This document shows positions 38,506-48,383 of a stretch of 64,000 bases of DNA, one piece after another. The notes beneath the pieces are model-generated. The model had not been told where the DNA came from and did no database searches. It saw only the letters and a program-made list of their open reading frames with translations. A program made the position numbers and the translations under genes. How positions within the stretch are numbered: position 1 is the first letter of the stretch; each line of letters starts with the position of its first letter. This DNA comes from an uncultured Chloroflexia bacterium (GTDB lineage: Bacteria; Chloroflexota; Limnocylindria; Limnocylindrales; CSP1-4), in assembly GCA_963813535.1 (NCBI GenBank), contig CAWEZH010000002.1, positions 1,632,001 through 1,696,000 of the forward strand. The letters run 5' to 3'.

Positions 38506-38901
38506 GTGGGGGAGTTCCGGGCGTTCCTGCTCAAGACCAACGCGCTCGCCCTGGCGATCGGCGTGATCATCGGGGCGGCGCTGGGAAGCGTCGTCAACTC
38601 GCTCGTCAACGACATCATCATGCCGCCGGTGGGCATGGCTCTCGGCGGCGTCGACTTCTCGACGCTCAAGATCGTGCTGAAGCCGGCAGTCGGAGGCGAC
38701 CCCGCCACAGAGGTGGCGATCCGCTACGGCGTGTTCGTCAACGCCGTGATCACGTTCGTGATCATCGCCTTCGTCGTCTGGCTGATCAGCCGGACCTTCA
38801 TCAAGGACGCGCCCGCGGACGAGGTGAAGACCTGCCCGTATTGCAAGGAGCCGAACGCGGACGACGCCACGAAGTGCAAGGCCTGCGCCAGCGAGATCTG
38901 A
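38506..38901 (+). CDS. mscL: Large-conductance mechanosensitive channel with C-terminal CxxC..CxxC
   Basis: EFRAFL, LAIGVIIGAA, SLVNDIIMP, YGVFVNAVITF; GGAGG SD before GTG 38506. Confidence 0.93.
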   Translation: MGEFRAFLLKTNALALAIGVIIGAALGSVVNSLVNDIIMPPVGMALGGVDFSTLKIVLKPAVGGDPATEVAIRYGVFVNAVITFVIIAFVVWLISRTFIKDAPADEVKTCPYCKEPNADDATKCKACASEI

Positions 38902-38905
38902 GGCG

Positions 38906-39751
38906 TCAGGTGCCGGGGCTTGGATAGCTCCCCAGCACGCGGGTCATCGTGGTGACACCACGAACCTCCTCGATGGCGGCGGCCATCGACGGATCGGCCA
39001 GATCACCGTCGAGGTCGATCCAGAAGACGTACTCCCAGGCACGCTCTCGGCTCGGGCGCGACTCGAGCTTGCGCATGTTGAGCCCGTGCGCGGCGATGAC
39101 CTGCAGCACCGCCAGCAACGTGCCTGGCTCGTTGCGGACGGCGACCACCAGCGTCGTGCGCCGGTCCGCAGGAGGGTCGACGAGCGCAGGCGGCGCGCCG
39201 TCGGGCCGGGCGAGGATGAGGAAGCGGGTCCGGTTGCCGGGCAGATCGCCGATGTCGTCCGCGAGTGGTTCCAGCCCGAACAAGGCGGCCGCGCGCGGCG
39301 ACAGGACCGCGGCCGCGCCGCGCTCCTCCGAGTCCGCGATGGCCTTTCCGGCACCCGCGGTGTTGTAGGTCGACAGAAGCTGCCAGCTGCGCGAACGGAG
39401 GAACGCCTCCGCCTGGCCGAGGGCCTGGATGTGCGAGTAGACGCGCTCGATGTCGTCGAGGCGCTGGCCGGGTAGCGCCGCAAGGCACAACCGGACCGGC
39501 ACCATCACCTCGCCATGGATGGCGAGGTCGAACTCGACCAGGAGGTCGTAGTTCTCGCGGACCGTGCCGTTGATGACGTTCTCGATCGGCACGACACCTG
39601 CCGCCGCCGTCTCCGACGCGACGGCCTCGAAGACGGACCGGAAGCTGGGAAGCGCCGTCCGCTCGACCTCACCGAACGCCGCCAGCACGGCGTCCTCGGC
39701 GAACGCTCCGGGCTCGCCGGCATAGGCGATCGGTCGGTCGGTGACGGGCAT
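38906..39751 (-). CDS. pheA: Prephenate dehydratase
   Basis: GEPGAF, VPIEN, SHIQAL, NRTRF, ACT domain ESRP. Confidence 0.93.
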   Translation of the reverse strand: MPVTDRPIAYAGEPGAFAEDAVLAAFGEVERTALPSFRSVFEAVASETAAAGVVPIENVINGTVRENYDLLVEFDLAIHGEVMVPVRLCLAALPGQRLDDIERVYSHIQALGQAEAFLRSRSWQLLSTYNTAGAGKAIADSEERGAAAVLSPRAAALFGLEPLADDIGDLPGNRTRFLILARPDGAPPALVDPPADRRTTLVVAVRNEPGTLLAVLQVIAAHGLNMRKLESRPSRERAWEYVFWIDLDGDLADPSMAAAIEEVRGVTTMTRVLGSYPSPGT

Positions 39752-39799
39752 GGCGGGGAGTGTAGTCGGCGCGACCTGCGCCGATGCCGTGGCGTCCGA

Positions 39800-41494
39800 T
39801 CAGGCGGCGGACCGCTTCTCCCCGACGGCGGACAGCAGGGCGAACAGGTCGATCGGTTCGCGGTCCAAGGTCGGCTCGGCTCGCCCGAAGAGATAGCCCT
39901 GGCCGGCGTCATAGCGGAGCTCGAGGACGGACTCGAGGTGGTCGACCGTCTCGATCCCCTCCGCGACGATGCGATGGCCACGGTTTCGGGCGAGCGTCCC
40001 GAGGGCCCGCAGCACGGCCTCGCTCGGGCCATGGGTCGCGCTCGCGCGCACGAGCGACAGGTCGATCTTCAGGATGTCGTACTCGACCTCGCTGAGCAGG
40101 CGCAGGCCGGCGTTGCCGGCGCCGACGTCATCGATCGCCACACGCACGTCGTTCCGGCGCAGCGTCGAGATCGCCTGTTGGAGCCGCTGCAGGTCGTCGA
40201 CGCTCTCGCGTTCCGTGAGCTCGATGACGAGCTGCGAAGCCGGGACTCCGTGTCGACGTGCGAGCGCAAGGATCTCCTGGACGCTGAAGGCATCCGATTC
40301 GAGTGTCCGCGGCGAGAGGTTGATCGACAGGTAGCGCTCGTCGCCGAGCGCACCCGCACCCGCCAGGACGGCCCGAGCACAGACGACGTCGAGCTCGACG
40401 GTCCGACGGGTCGCCTCGGCCGCGACGAACAGGCTCGTCGCGCCGCTGAAGCCCGACTCCTCGGCCGGGCGGACGAGACCCTCGAAGCCGATGATCCCCC
40501 CTGTCGTCAACGAGTAGATCGGTTGGTAGACGGCGCGCAGCAGGTCCTCCGAGGCGACCCGGACGACGGCGGCCTCGAGCTGCGCGAGGCTGCGCGAGTC
40601 CTCGGCGATGCCGTGCTTTGACGGATCGAACCGCTGGACATTGGTCCGGCCGTGGCGCTTGCCGGCATAGAGCGCGGCGTCGGCGTGGTGGATGATCTGA
40701 TGGCGGTCGGCGCTCGGGTCGGGGAATGCGGAGAGCCCGATGGTGACCGAGAAGGCCCCACTCCGGCCATGGTTGCCACCCAGCGCCGAGGCGAGCAGGT
40801 GATTGGCGATGACCTCGGCACGCTCGGCGTCGCACTGGTCGAGCAGCAGGGCGAACTCATCGCCGCCGGTCCGGTAGGCGCCATCACCGCGACGCAGGTT
40901 GGAGCGCATGATCTGCGCGACCGACCGCAGGAGGTCGTCGCCCGCGGCGTGACCCTTCTTGTCGTTGATGGTCTTGAGGTCGTCGACATCGATCATGACG
41001 AGCGCGACCGATCGCCCGTCCTCGCGTGCCTGGGCGATGCGGGCGTCGAGCTCCTCCTGGAACGCCCGGTGATTGCCCAGGCCGGTCAACCCATCGAGGA
41101 GCGAATCCAGCCGCGCCCGGTCGTATGCCTCACGAAGCTCCGCGAACTCGCGATCGATCGCGGAGAGCCCTTCCTCGACCCGCCGTTGCTGTTCGCGAAA
41201 GGCCCGACCGATCCCTCCCGCGACGATCAGACCGAGAACGATCACGACCGGCGCCGTGAAGGGCGGCAGGAGCCCCGGCGGGAGCGCGACCGTGATGGCC
41301 TGGAGGATCATCGACGCGATGACGACCGCGAAGGCGAGCATGAAACCGAGGCCGGTCGCGCGCGTGATCGCGTCGATCGTCCCCTGGTCGAGATGGCCTT
41401 CGCTACGGTCGTGTTGCGGCAAGCAGGGTCTCCGAGCGCAGTCGTTCGACCGCGGGACCCACCTGTACCAGACCGGGCCGCCCGTAACTCCCAC
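39800..41494 (-). CDS. Membrane GGDEF-EAL protein (copy A); start uncertain
   Basis: Two TMs, DGLTGLGN, RRGD I-site plus GGDEF, FEGLVR, DDVGAG, KID, EGIE, QGY. Confidence 0.9.
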   Translation of the reverse strand: MGVTGGPVWYRWVPRSNDCARRPCLPQHDRSEGHLDQGTIDAITRATGLGFMLAFAVVIASMILQAITVALPPGLLPPFTAPVVIVLGLIVAGGIGRAFREQQRRVEEGLSAIDREFAELREAYDRARLDSLLDGLTGLGNHRAFQEELDARIAQAREDGRSVALVMIDVDDLKTINDKKGHAAGDDLLRSVAQIMRSNLRRGDGAYRTGGDEFALLLDQCDAERAEVIANHLLASALGGNHGRSGAFSVTIGLSAFPDPSADRHQIIHHADAALYAGKRHGRTNVQRFDPSKHGIAEDSRSLAQLEAAVVRVASEDLLRAVYQPIYSLTTGGIIGFEGLVRPAEESGFSGATSLFVAAEATRRTVELDVVCARAVLAGAGALGDERYLSINLSPRTLESDAFSVQEILALARRHGVPASQLVIELTERESVDDLQRLQQAISTLRRNDVRVAIDDVGAGNAGLRLLSEVEYDILKIDLSLVRASATHGPSEAVLRALGTLARNRGHRIVAEGIETVDHLESVLELRYDAGQGYLFGRAEPTLDREPIDLFALLSAVGEKRSAA

Positions 41495-41575
41495 ACGAAG
41501 GTCATGGGACCCTCGACGAGAGGCTTGATGGCGCCCCTCGAGCCGCCCGGAACCGTCGCGAAACGCGACCGGCGA

Positions 41576-42127
41576 CTACTGGTTGAACCAGTCGACGGTG
41601 TCGATCTCGCCGGCGTCCTCGTCGAGCTCCGCGCGGCGCTCACGGGCCGTCCCGGCCGATACGGGCGACTTGCGCCGCGCTCGAGTCCCTGTGGCTGCCG
41701 CCGCCTCCGCCGGTGCGCCCGTCCAGTGCTCCTCGCCGAGCAACTGGTTCAGCGCCACGAGATACGCCTCGATCGAGGCAGCGATGATGTTCGGGCCGCG
41801 TGCCTCTCCGGCGTACTCGCCCTCGCCACGCTCACCGGAGGCGAGCGGGGGCGCGATCCGCACGTTGACGACGCCGATCGTGTCGGTCCCCTCCCCCAGG
41901 GCGTGGATGTCGTAGGCCAGTAGCCGCGGGTGCCCGTCGAGCACCTCGGAGATGGCCGCGTCCACCGCCCGGTAGAGGGCGTCGATCGCGCCGTTGCCCT
42001 CGGCCGATGCCTGCCAGTGATGGTCGCCGGAATCGATGATCACCGCGCCTCGGCTCCGCGCGTTCGAGCCCGAGGACACCGTCCATCGAGCGAGTCGGAG
42101 CGGGGCGGCGTGATCGGGGCCGGGCAT
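41576..42127 (-). CDS. Stand-alone LeuA allosteric (dimerisation/regulatory) domain protein
   Basis: GGAGG SD; GNGAIDAL, YDIHAL, NIIAASIEAYLVALN align by eye with the C-terminus of the LeuA in this window; no catalytic domain. Confidence 0.85.
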   Translation of the reverse strand: MPGPDHAAPLRLARWTVSSGSNARSRGAVIIDSGDHHWQASAEGNGAIDALYRAVDAAISEVLDGHPRLLAYDIHALGEGTDTIGVVNVRIAPPLASGERGEGEYAGEARGPNIIAASIEAYLVALNQLLGEEHWTGAPAEAAAATGTRARRKSPVSAGTARERRAELDEDAGEIDTVDWFNQ

Positions 42128-42132
42128 GCTGG

Positions 42133-43872
42133 CTACCTCCGTGGCGTCGCGGGGTCGGGTTCGGGGATCGGCTCGGAGGTCGGAGCGCCGTCCAGGGCAG
42201 GGACGGTCTCGGCGGCCTCCGCCGCCTCGTGGGTCGGGGTCGTGAAATGGCGCTCGTCGCGTCGGCGCAGCTCGGCACCCGATTTCCAGATCGCGTACTC
42301 GAGCGAGTCGGCGAGGGCCGCCGCCGACGCCGCGATGATGTTGGTGTCGCTGCCCATCGTCGACCAGGTCCGTGCCCCATCCTGCGAATCGATGATCACC
42401 CTGGTGCGCGCGGCGGTGGCCGCGTCGCCGTCGAGGATGCGGACCTTGTAGTCGACGAGGTGGACATCGTCGATGTGTGGATAGAAGGCGCGCAGCGCCT
42501 TGCGCAGCGCGGCGTCGAGGGCGTTGACCGGTCCGTTGCCATCCGCGGCGGTGTGGAGCGTCTCGCCGGCGACCTCGACCTTGACCGTCGCCTCGGCGAG
42601 CAGCTCGCGTCCGTCCCGCTGCTCGACCAGGCAGGTGTAGTCGACGATCCGGAATGGCGCGGCATAGTCGGCCGCGTGACGGCGGATCAGCAGCTCGAAG
42701 GAAGCTTCCGCGCCCTCGAAGGCGAGGCCCTCGGACTCGAGCTGCTTGATGAGCCGCGATAGCTCGCGCGGATCGACGACCCCCTCGAGCTCATGCCCGA
42801 GCTGCCGGGCGCGGATCGACGTGTTCGCTCGACCACCGAGCTCCGAGACGACCAATCGCCCTGCATTGCCGACGGAGCCCGGCTCGACATGCTGGTACGA
42901 GCGCTCCACCTTGGCGACCGCCGCGCCATGGACCCCGCCCTTGTGGGCGAACGCCGATCGCCCGACGTACGGCTGGTAGTCGTTCGGGGTGACATTCGCG
43001 ATCTCGGCGACGCTCCGCGACAGATCGGTGAGGCCGTCGAGGCGGCCGCCACCGGCGGGCACCAGCTCGTGCTCGGTCTTGAGCGCCAGGTTGGCCAGGA
43101 TCGACACCATGTTGGCGTTGCCGGCTCGCTCGCCGTAGCCGTTGATGGTGCCCTGGACGTGCCGGACGCCGGCCGCGACGGCGGCCATCGAATTGGCCAC
43201 GGCGAGCTCGGCATCGTTGTGCGTGTGGATGCCCCAGGTGACGGCCGGGGCATGCGGGTCGGCCTCGAGGGCGGTACGGACATCGCCGACGATCCGCAGA
43301 AGCTCTTCGGTCAGGGTGCCGCCGTTCGTATCGCACAGGACCAGTGTCCTGGCACCGGCCTGGCGCGCGGCCCGCAGGGTCGAGAGCGCGTAGTCGCGGT
43401 CGGCCGTGTAGCCATCGAAGAAGTGCTCGGCGTCGTAGACGGCCTCTCGTCCCCGGTCGGCGACGAACCCGATGGAGTCGGCGATCATGTCGAGGTTCTG
43501 CTGCGGCGTGGCGCCGAGGACTTCGGTCACGTGGAGCAGCCACGACTTGCCGAAGATCGTCACGACCGGAGTCTCGGCCGCGACGAGCTCCTGCAGGTTC
43601 GGATCGTCGGTCGGACGGTTGGAGCGATGGCGGGTCGACCCGAATGCGGCCAGACGCGCGGTCTGCCAGCGCATGGTGCGGGCCGCGGCGAAGAACTCGA
43701 TGTCCTTCGGGTTGGAGCCCGGCCAACCACCCTCGATGTAGGGCATGCCGTACTCGTCGAGCATGCGCGCGATGCGCAGCTTGTCGGCGAGCGACAGCGT
43801 GATGTTCTCGCCCTGGGTCCCGTCGCGGAGGGTGGTGTCGTAGAGGGTGACGGGCCGGTCCGTGGCGGTCAT
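42133..43872 (-). CDS. cimA: Citramalate synthase
   Basis: YDTTLRDGTQGE, IEGGWPGSNPKD, FGKSW, YDAEHFFDG, AHKGGVH, DYKVRI. Confidence 0.93.
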   Translation of the reverse strand: MTATDRPVTLYDTTLRDGTQGENITLSLADKLRIARMLDEYGMPYIEGGWPGSNPKDIEFFAAARTMRWQTARLAAFGSTRHRSNRPTDDPNLQELVAAETPVVTIFGKSWLLHVTEVLGATPQQNLDMIADSIGFVADRGREAVYDAEHFFDGYTADRDYALSTLRAARQAGARTLVLCDTNGGTLTEELLRIVGDVRTALEADPHAPAVTWGIHTHNDAELAVANSMAAVAAGVRHVQGTINGYGERAGNANMVSILANLALKTEHELVPAGGGRLDGLTDLSRSVAEIANVTPNDYQPYVGRSAFAHKGGVHGAAVAKVERSYQHVEPGSVGNAGRLVVSELGGRANTSIRARQLGHELEGVVDPRELSRLIKQLESEGLAFEGAEASFELLIRRHAADYAAPFRIVDYTCLVEQRDGRELLAEATVKVEVAGETLHTAADGNGPVNALDAALRKALRAFYPHIDDVHLVDYKVRILDGDAATAARTRVIIDSQDGARTWSTMGSDTNIIAASAAALADSLEYAIWKSGAELRRRDERHFTTPTHEAAEAAETVPALDGAPTSEPIPEPDPATPRR

Positions 43873-45005
43873 GCCGGCACCGCCGCCTCGAGCGACTCGA
43901 TCACCGCCGTCGCGAAGCCCGTCGTCCCGACGACGACCAGCCCGTCGTCCGGGTCGGTCGCGTCGGCCAGGTCGCCGGTCCGCCAGCCACGGTCGAGCGC
44001 ATGGCTGACGGCCGACTCCATCGCCGCGGCCGCGTCGTCGCGGCCCAGCGACAGGCGCAGCAGCATCGCAGCCGACAGGATCGTCCCGATCGGGTTGGCC
44101 CGGTCCTGGCCCGCGATGTCGGGCGCCGAGCCATGGATCGGCTCATACAGCCCGAAGGTGCCGTGAGGCGTCAGCCGGTCGCCCAGCGATGCCGATGGCA
44201 GCATCCCGAGACTGCCGGCCAGCACGGCCGCCTCGTCGGACAGGATGTCGCCGAACAGGTTCTCGGTGACGATGACATCGAATTCGGCCGGATTGCGGAC
44301 GAGCAGCATCGCGCACGAGTCGACCAGCTGGTGGGTGACCTCGACCGTCGGGAAACGGCGCCGTTCCTCGTCGACGACCTTGCGCCACAGGCGCGACGTC
44401 GCGAGCACGTTCGCCTTGTCGACGCTGGTGAGCCGGCCGCGTCGCTTGGCTGCCATGGCACCCGCCAGCAGCACGACGCGCCGGATCTCGCTCTCGGAGT
44501 AGACCATCGTGTCGACGGCCTCACGACCGGCCCTGCTCGGACGCTCCTCCGACGGCCGACCGAAGTAGATGCCCCCGGTCAGCTCGCGGACGATGACCAT
44601 GTCCACGCCGACGAGCAGCTCGGGGCGGAGCGGCGACGACGACACGAGGGCCGGATGCACGGTGACCGGTCGCAGGTTGGCGAAGAGCCCGAGCCCGCCA
44701 CGGAGCGCGAAGAGGGCTTGCTCGGGGCGGACCGCCGCCGACGGATCCGACCATTTCGGGCCGCCGACCGCACCGAGGAGGATCGCGTCGGCAGTGCGGC
44801 ATGTCTCGACGTCCGTCGGCCGGATCGCCACGCCGTAGGCATCGATGGCGGCGCCTCCGGCGACGATCTCGATCCAGTCGACGGCGTAACCGAACCGCTC
44901 GCCGGCCGCATCCACCACGCGACGCGCAGCAGCCACGACCTCAGGCCCGACCCCGTCACCGGGGATGGCCGCGATCCGGTACGTCGTGTCGGTCGCCTGT
45001 GTCAA
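43869..45005 (-). CDS. leuB: 3-isopropylmalate dehydrogenase
   Basis: PGDGVGPE, GAVGGPKW, RELTGGIYFG, DKANV, NLFGDILSD, YEPIHGSAPD. Confidence 0.97.
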   Translation of the reverse strand: MTQATDTTYRIAAIPGDGVGPEVVAAARRVVDAAGERFGYAVDWIEIVAGGAAIDAYGVAIRPTDVETCRTADAILLGAVGGPKWSDPSAAVRPEQALFALRGGLGLFANLRPVTVHPALVSSSPLRPELLVGVDMVIVRELTGGIYFGRPSEERPSRAGREAVDTMVYSESEIRRVVLLAGAMAAKRRGRLTSVDKANVLATSRLWRKVVDEERRRFPTVEVTHQLVDSCAMLLVRNPAEFDVIVTENLFGDILSDEAAVLAGSLGMLPSASLGDRLTPHGTFGLYEPIHGSAPDIAGQDRANPIGTILSAAMLLRLSLGRDDAAAAMESAVSHALDRGWRTGDLADATDPDDGLVVVGTTGFATAVIESLEAAVPA

Positions 45006-46638
45006 GGCAAGCCCCGCTCGGAGCGCTGGTTCGCGAACGCCACCGCGACCCCGTTGATCTCCGCTCCGTGGAGCTTGTTGACCGCCACGAGGTACGCGTC
45101 GAGCGACGCCTCGATGATGTTGGTGCTTAACCCGTGACCGGAGACCACGAGCGCTCCGGGCCCCTCGTCGGACGATCGACGGCAGCGAACCAGCACCTGG
45201 CCCTGCGCATCCTCGCCGGCCGAGACGGCCTTGATCTCGTATTCGGCCAGGGTCGGGTGCCAGCCGAGCACAGGCTGGAGGGCGTCATCGACGCCCTGGA
45301 AGAGCGCATTCACGGGTCCGTTGCCGGTCGCCTCGGCACTCCGCTCGACGCCGTCGACCGACAACGTGACCGTGCCGGTGGCATTGCCGCCGTGGGAGGA
45401 CGTGACGTTCCAGCCGACCAGCACGACGCTGGCGGGCACTTCCGCTGCGCGTTGCTCCACGAGCGCCAGCAGGTCGGCGTCGGTGACCTCCTTCTTGGCG
45501 TCGGCCAGTTCGATCGCCTGGCGATAGATCACGTCCAGGGTCTCGCCCTCGAGATCGTGACCGAGCTCGCGCAGCTTGCCCTGGAGCCCGCGCCGACCGG
45601 ACAGCTTGCCGATCGTCAACTGGCTGCCGGACAGGCCGACCGACTGCGGGGTCATGATCTCGTAGGTCAGCGGGTGCTTGATCACGCCGTCCTGGTGGAT
45701 ACCCGATTCGTGCGCGAACGCATTGCCGCCGACGATCGCCTTGTTCGGCTGGACCGCGAACCCGGTCAGGTAGCTGACCAGCCGCGAGGCCGCCGTGATG
45801 TGCTCGGTCTGGATGCCCGAGCCCACGGCCTCGAACTGCGTCGGTCGGGTCCGCAGGGCCATCACGACCTCTTCGAGCGACGCATTGCCGGCACGCTCGC
45901 CGAGACCGTTGATGGTGACCTCGACCTGCCGGGCGCCCGCCTGCACGGCCGCCAGCGTGTTCGCCGTCGCAAGGCCCAGGTCGTTGTGGCAGTGGATGCT
46001 GACGGTCGCCTGATCACCGACGAGGTCGACGACCCTGGCAGTCAGCGCCGCGAACTCGCTCGGGATGGCATAGCCCACCGTGTCGGGCACGTTCACCGTC
46101 GACGCACCCGCCTCGACGACCGCCTCGTAGACCTGGAGCAGGAAGTCCGTGTCGGTGCGCGAGGCATCCTCGGCGCTGAACTCGATCTCGGCGTCGCGGC
46201 CGAGCTGCTCTCGCCCGTAGCGGACCCAGCGAACCGCTTCGGCAAGTGCGGTCTCCCGGTCGATCCGCAGCTTGTGCTTGAGGTGGATGTCGCTGGTGGC
46301 GATGAACACGTGGAGGTGCGGTCTGTGGGCGACCTTGATCGCCTCGACGGCGCGCTGCGGATCACCGTCGCGGCAGCGCGCGAGCGCCGCCACCGCGATG
46401 TCCTTGGGCGTCTCCTGGGCGATCCGGCGGACGGCCTCGAAGTCGCCGGGCGAAGCGGCCGGGAAGCCGGCCTCGATGACGTCGACCTGGAGTCGCGCGA
46501 GCTGACGCGCGACCTGGAGCTTCTCGGCGGCGGTCAGCCCGGCGCCGGGCGCCTGCTCGCCGTCGCGCAGAGTCGTATCGAAGATGCGGACGCTGCCGGC
46601 GGGCACGAACGGCCCAGCCGGCCGCGGTACGGCCGCGC

Positions 46639-46642
<4 letters not shown>
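45002..46642 (-). CDS. leuA: 2-isopropylmalate synthase
   Basis: [44 protein letters not shown]. Confidence 0.97.
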
Positions 46643-47696
<1,054 letters not shown>

Positions 47697-47700
<4 letters not shown>

Positions 47701-48317
47701 CGCTTGATTGCCTCCTCGATCGATGCAGTACCCCTCGACATGACGACCGCGCCGGTCCGGACGAGCTCCTTGATGCCATACGTCCGCACGAGCGACACGA
47801 AGGTGTCGATCTCGGTCTCCGTACCGGTAACCTCGGCGATGACCGACCCCTCCACCAGGTCGACGACCCGGCCGCGCGAGAGTTCGACGAAACGCAGGAT
47901 CTCGTCGCGGTTCGATTCGGTCGCCCGGATCTTCACCAGTGCCAGCTCGTGCTCGACGGTCGGCTCGGACGTGACGTCCTGGACCTTGAGCACGTCGATC
48001 AGCCGGTACAGCTGCTTGGCCGCCTGCTCGACCGCGACGTCGTCGCCGTGGAGCGTGATCGTCATCCGGCTCACGTCCTCGCGGTCGGTATGGCTGACCG
48101 CCAGCGAGTCGATGTTGAAGTTGCGGGCCCGCATCAGGCTCGAGACCCGGTTCAGGACACCCGGCTTGTTCAGGACGACCGCGACGAGCACGTGGCGGCG
48201 GGTCTCGCCGCTGCCGGGCAGGGCCCGGGGCGGCGGCACGGCATGGGCCGGCGCTGGCACGGCCCCGGGCGGCGAACCCGCCGGCAGCTGACCGTTCGAG
48301 TTCGCGTCAGAGGACAT
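47697..48317 (-). CDS. ilvN: Acetolactate synthase small (regulatory) subunit
   Basis: [32 protein letters not shown]; Pro-rich N-terminal extension. Confidence 0.95.
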
Positions 48318-48383
48318 CTGGCACTCGCTCTCCGAGGTCGGAGGCTGAGCTCCGCGAAGCCATCCGCCCGAGGATTCCAGTGC

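Noticed and set aside
41576-42127. LeuA-domain gene as a pseudogene fragment
   Set aside because: It has an intact frame, its own strong SD, a distinct C-terminal tail and substantial divergence from leuA without stops, so it is treated as a functional gene.
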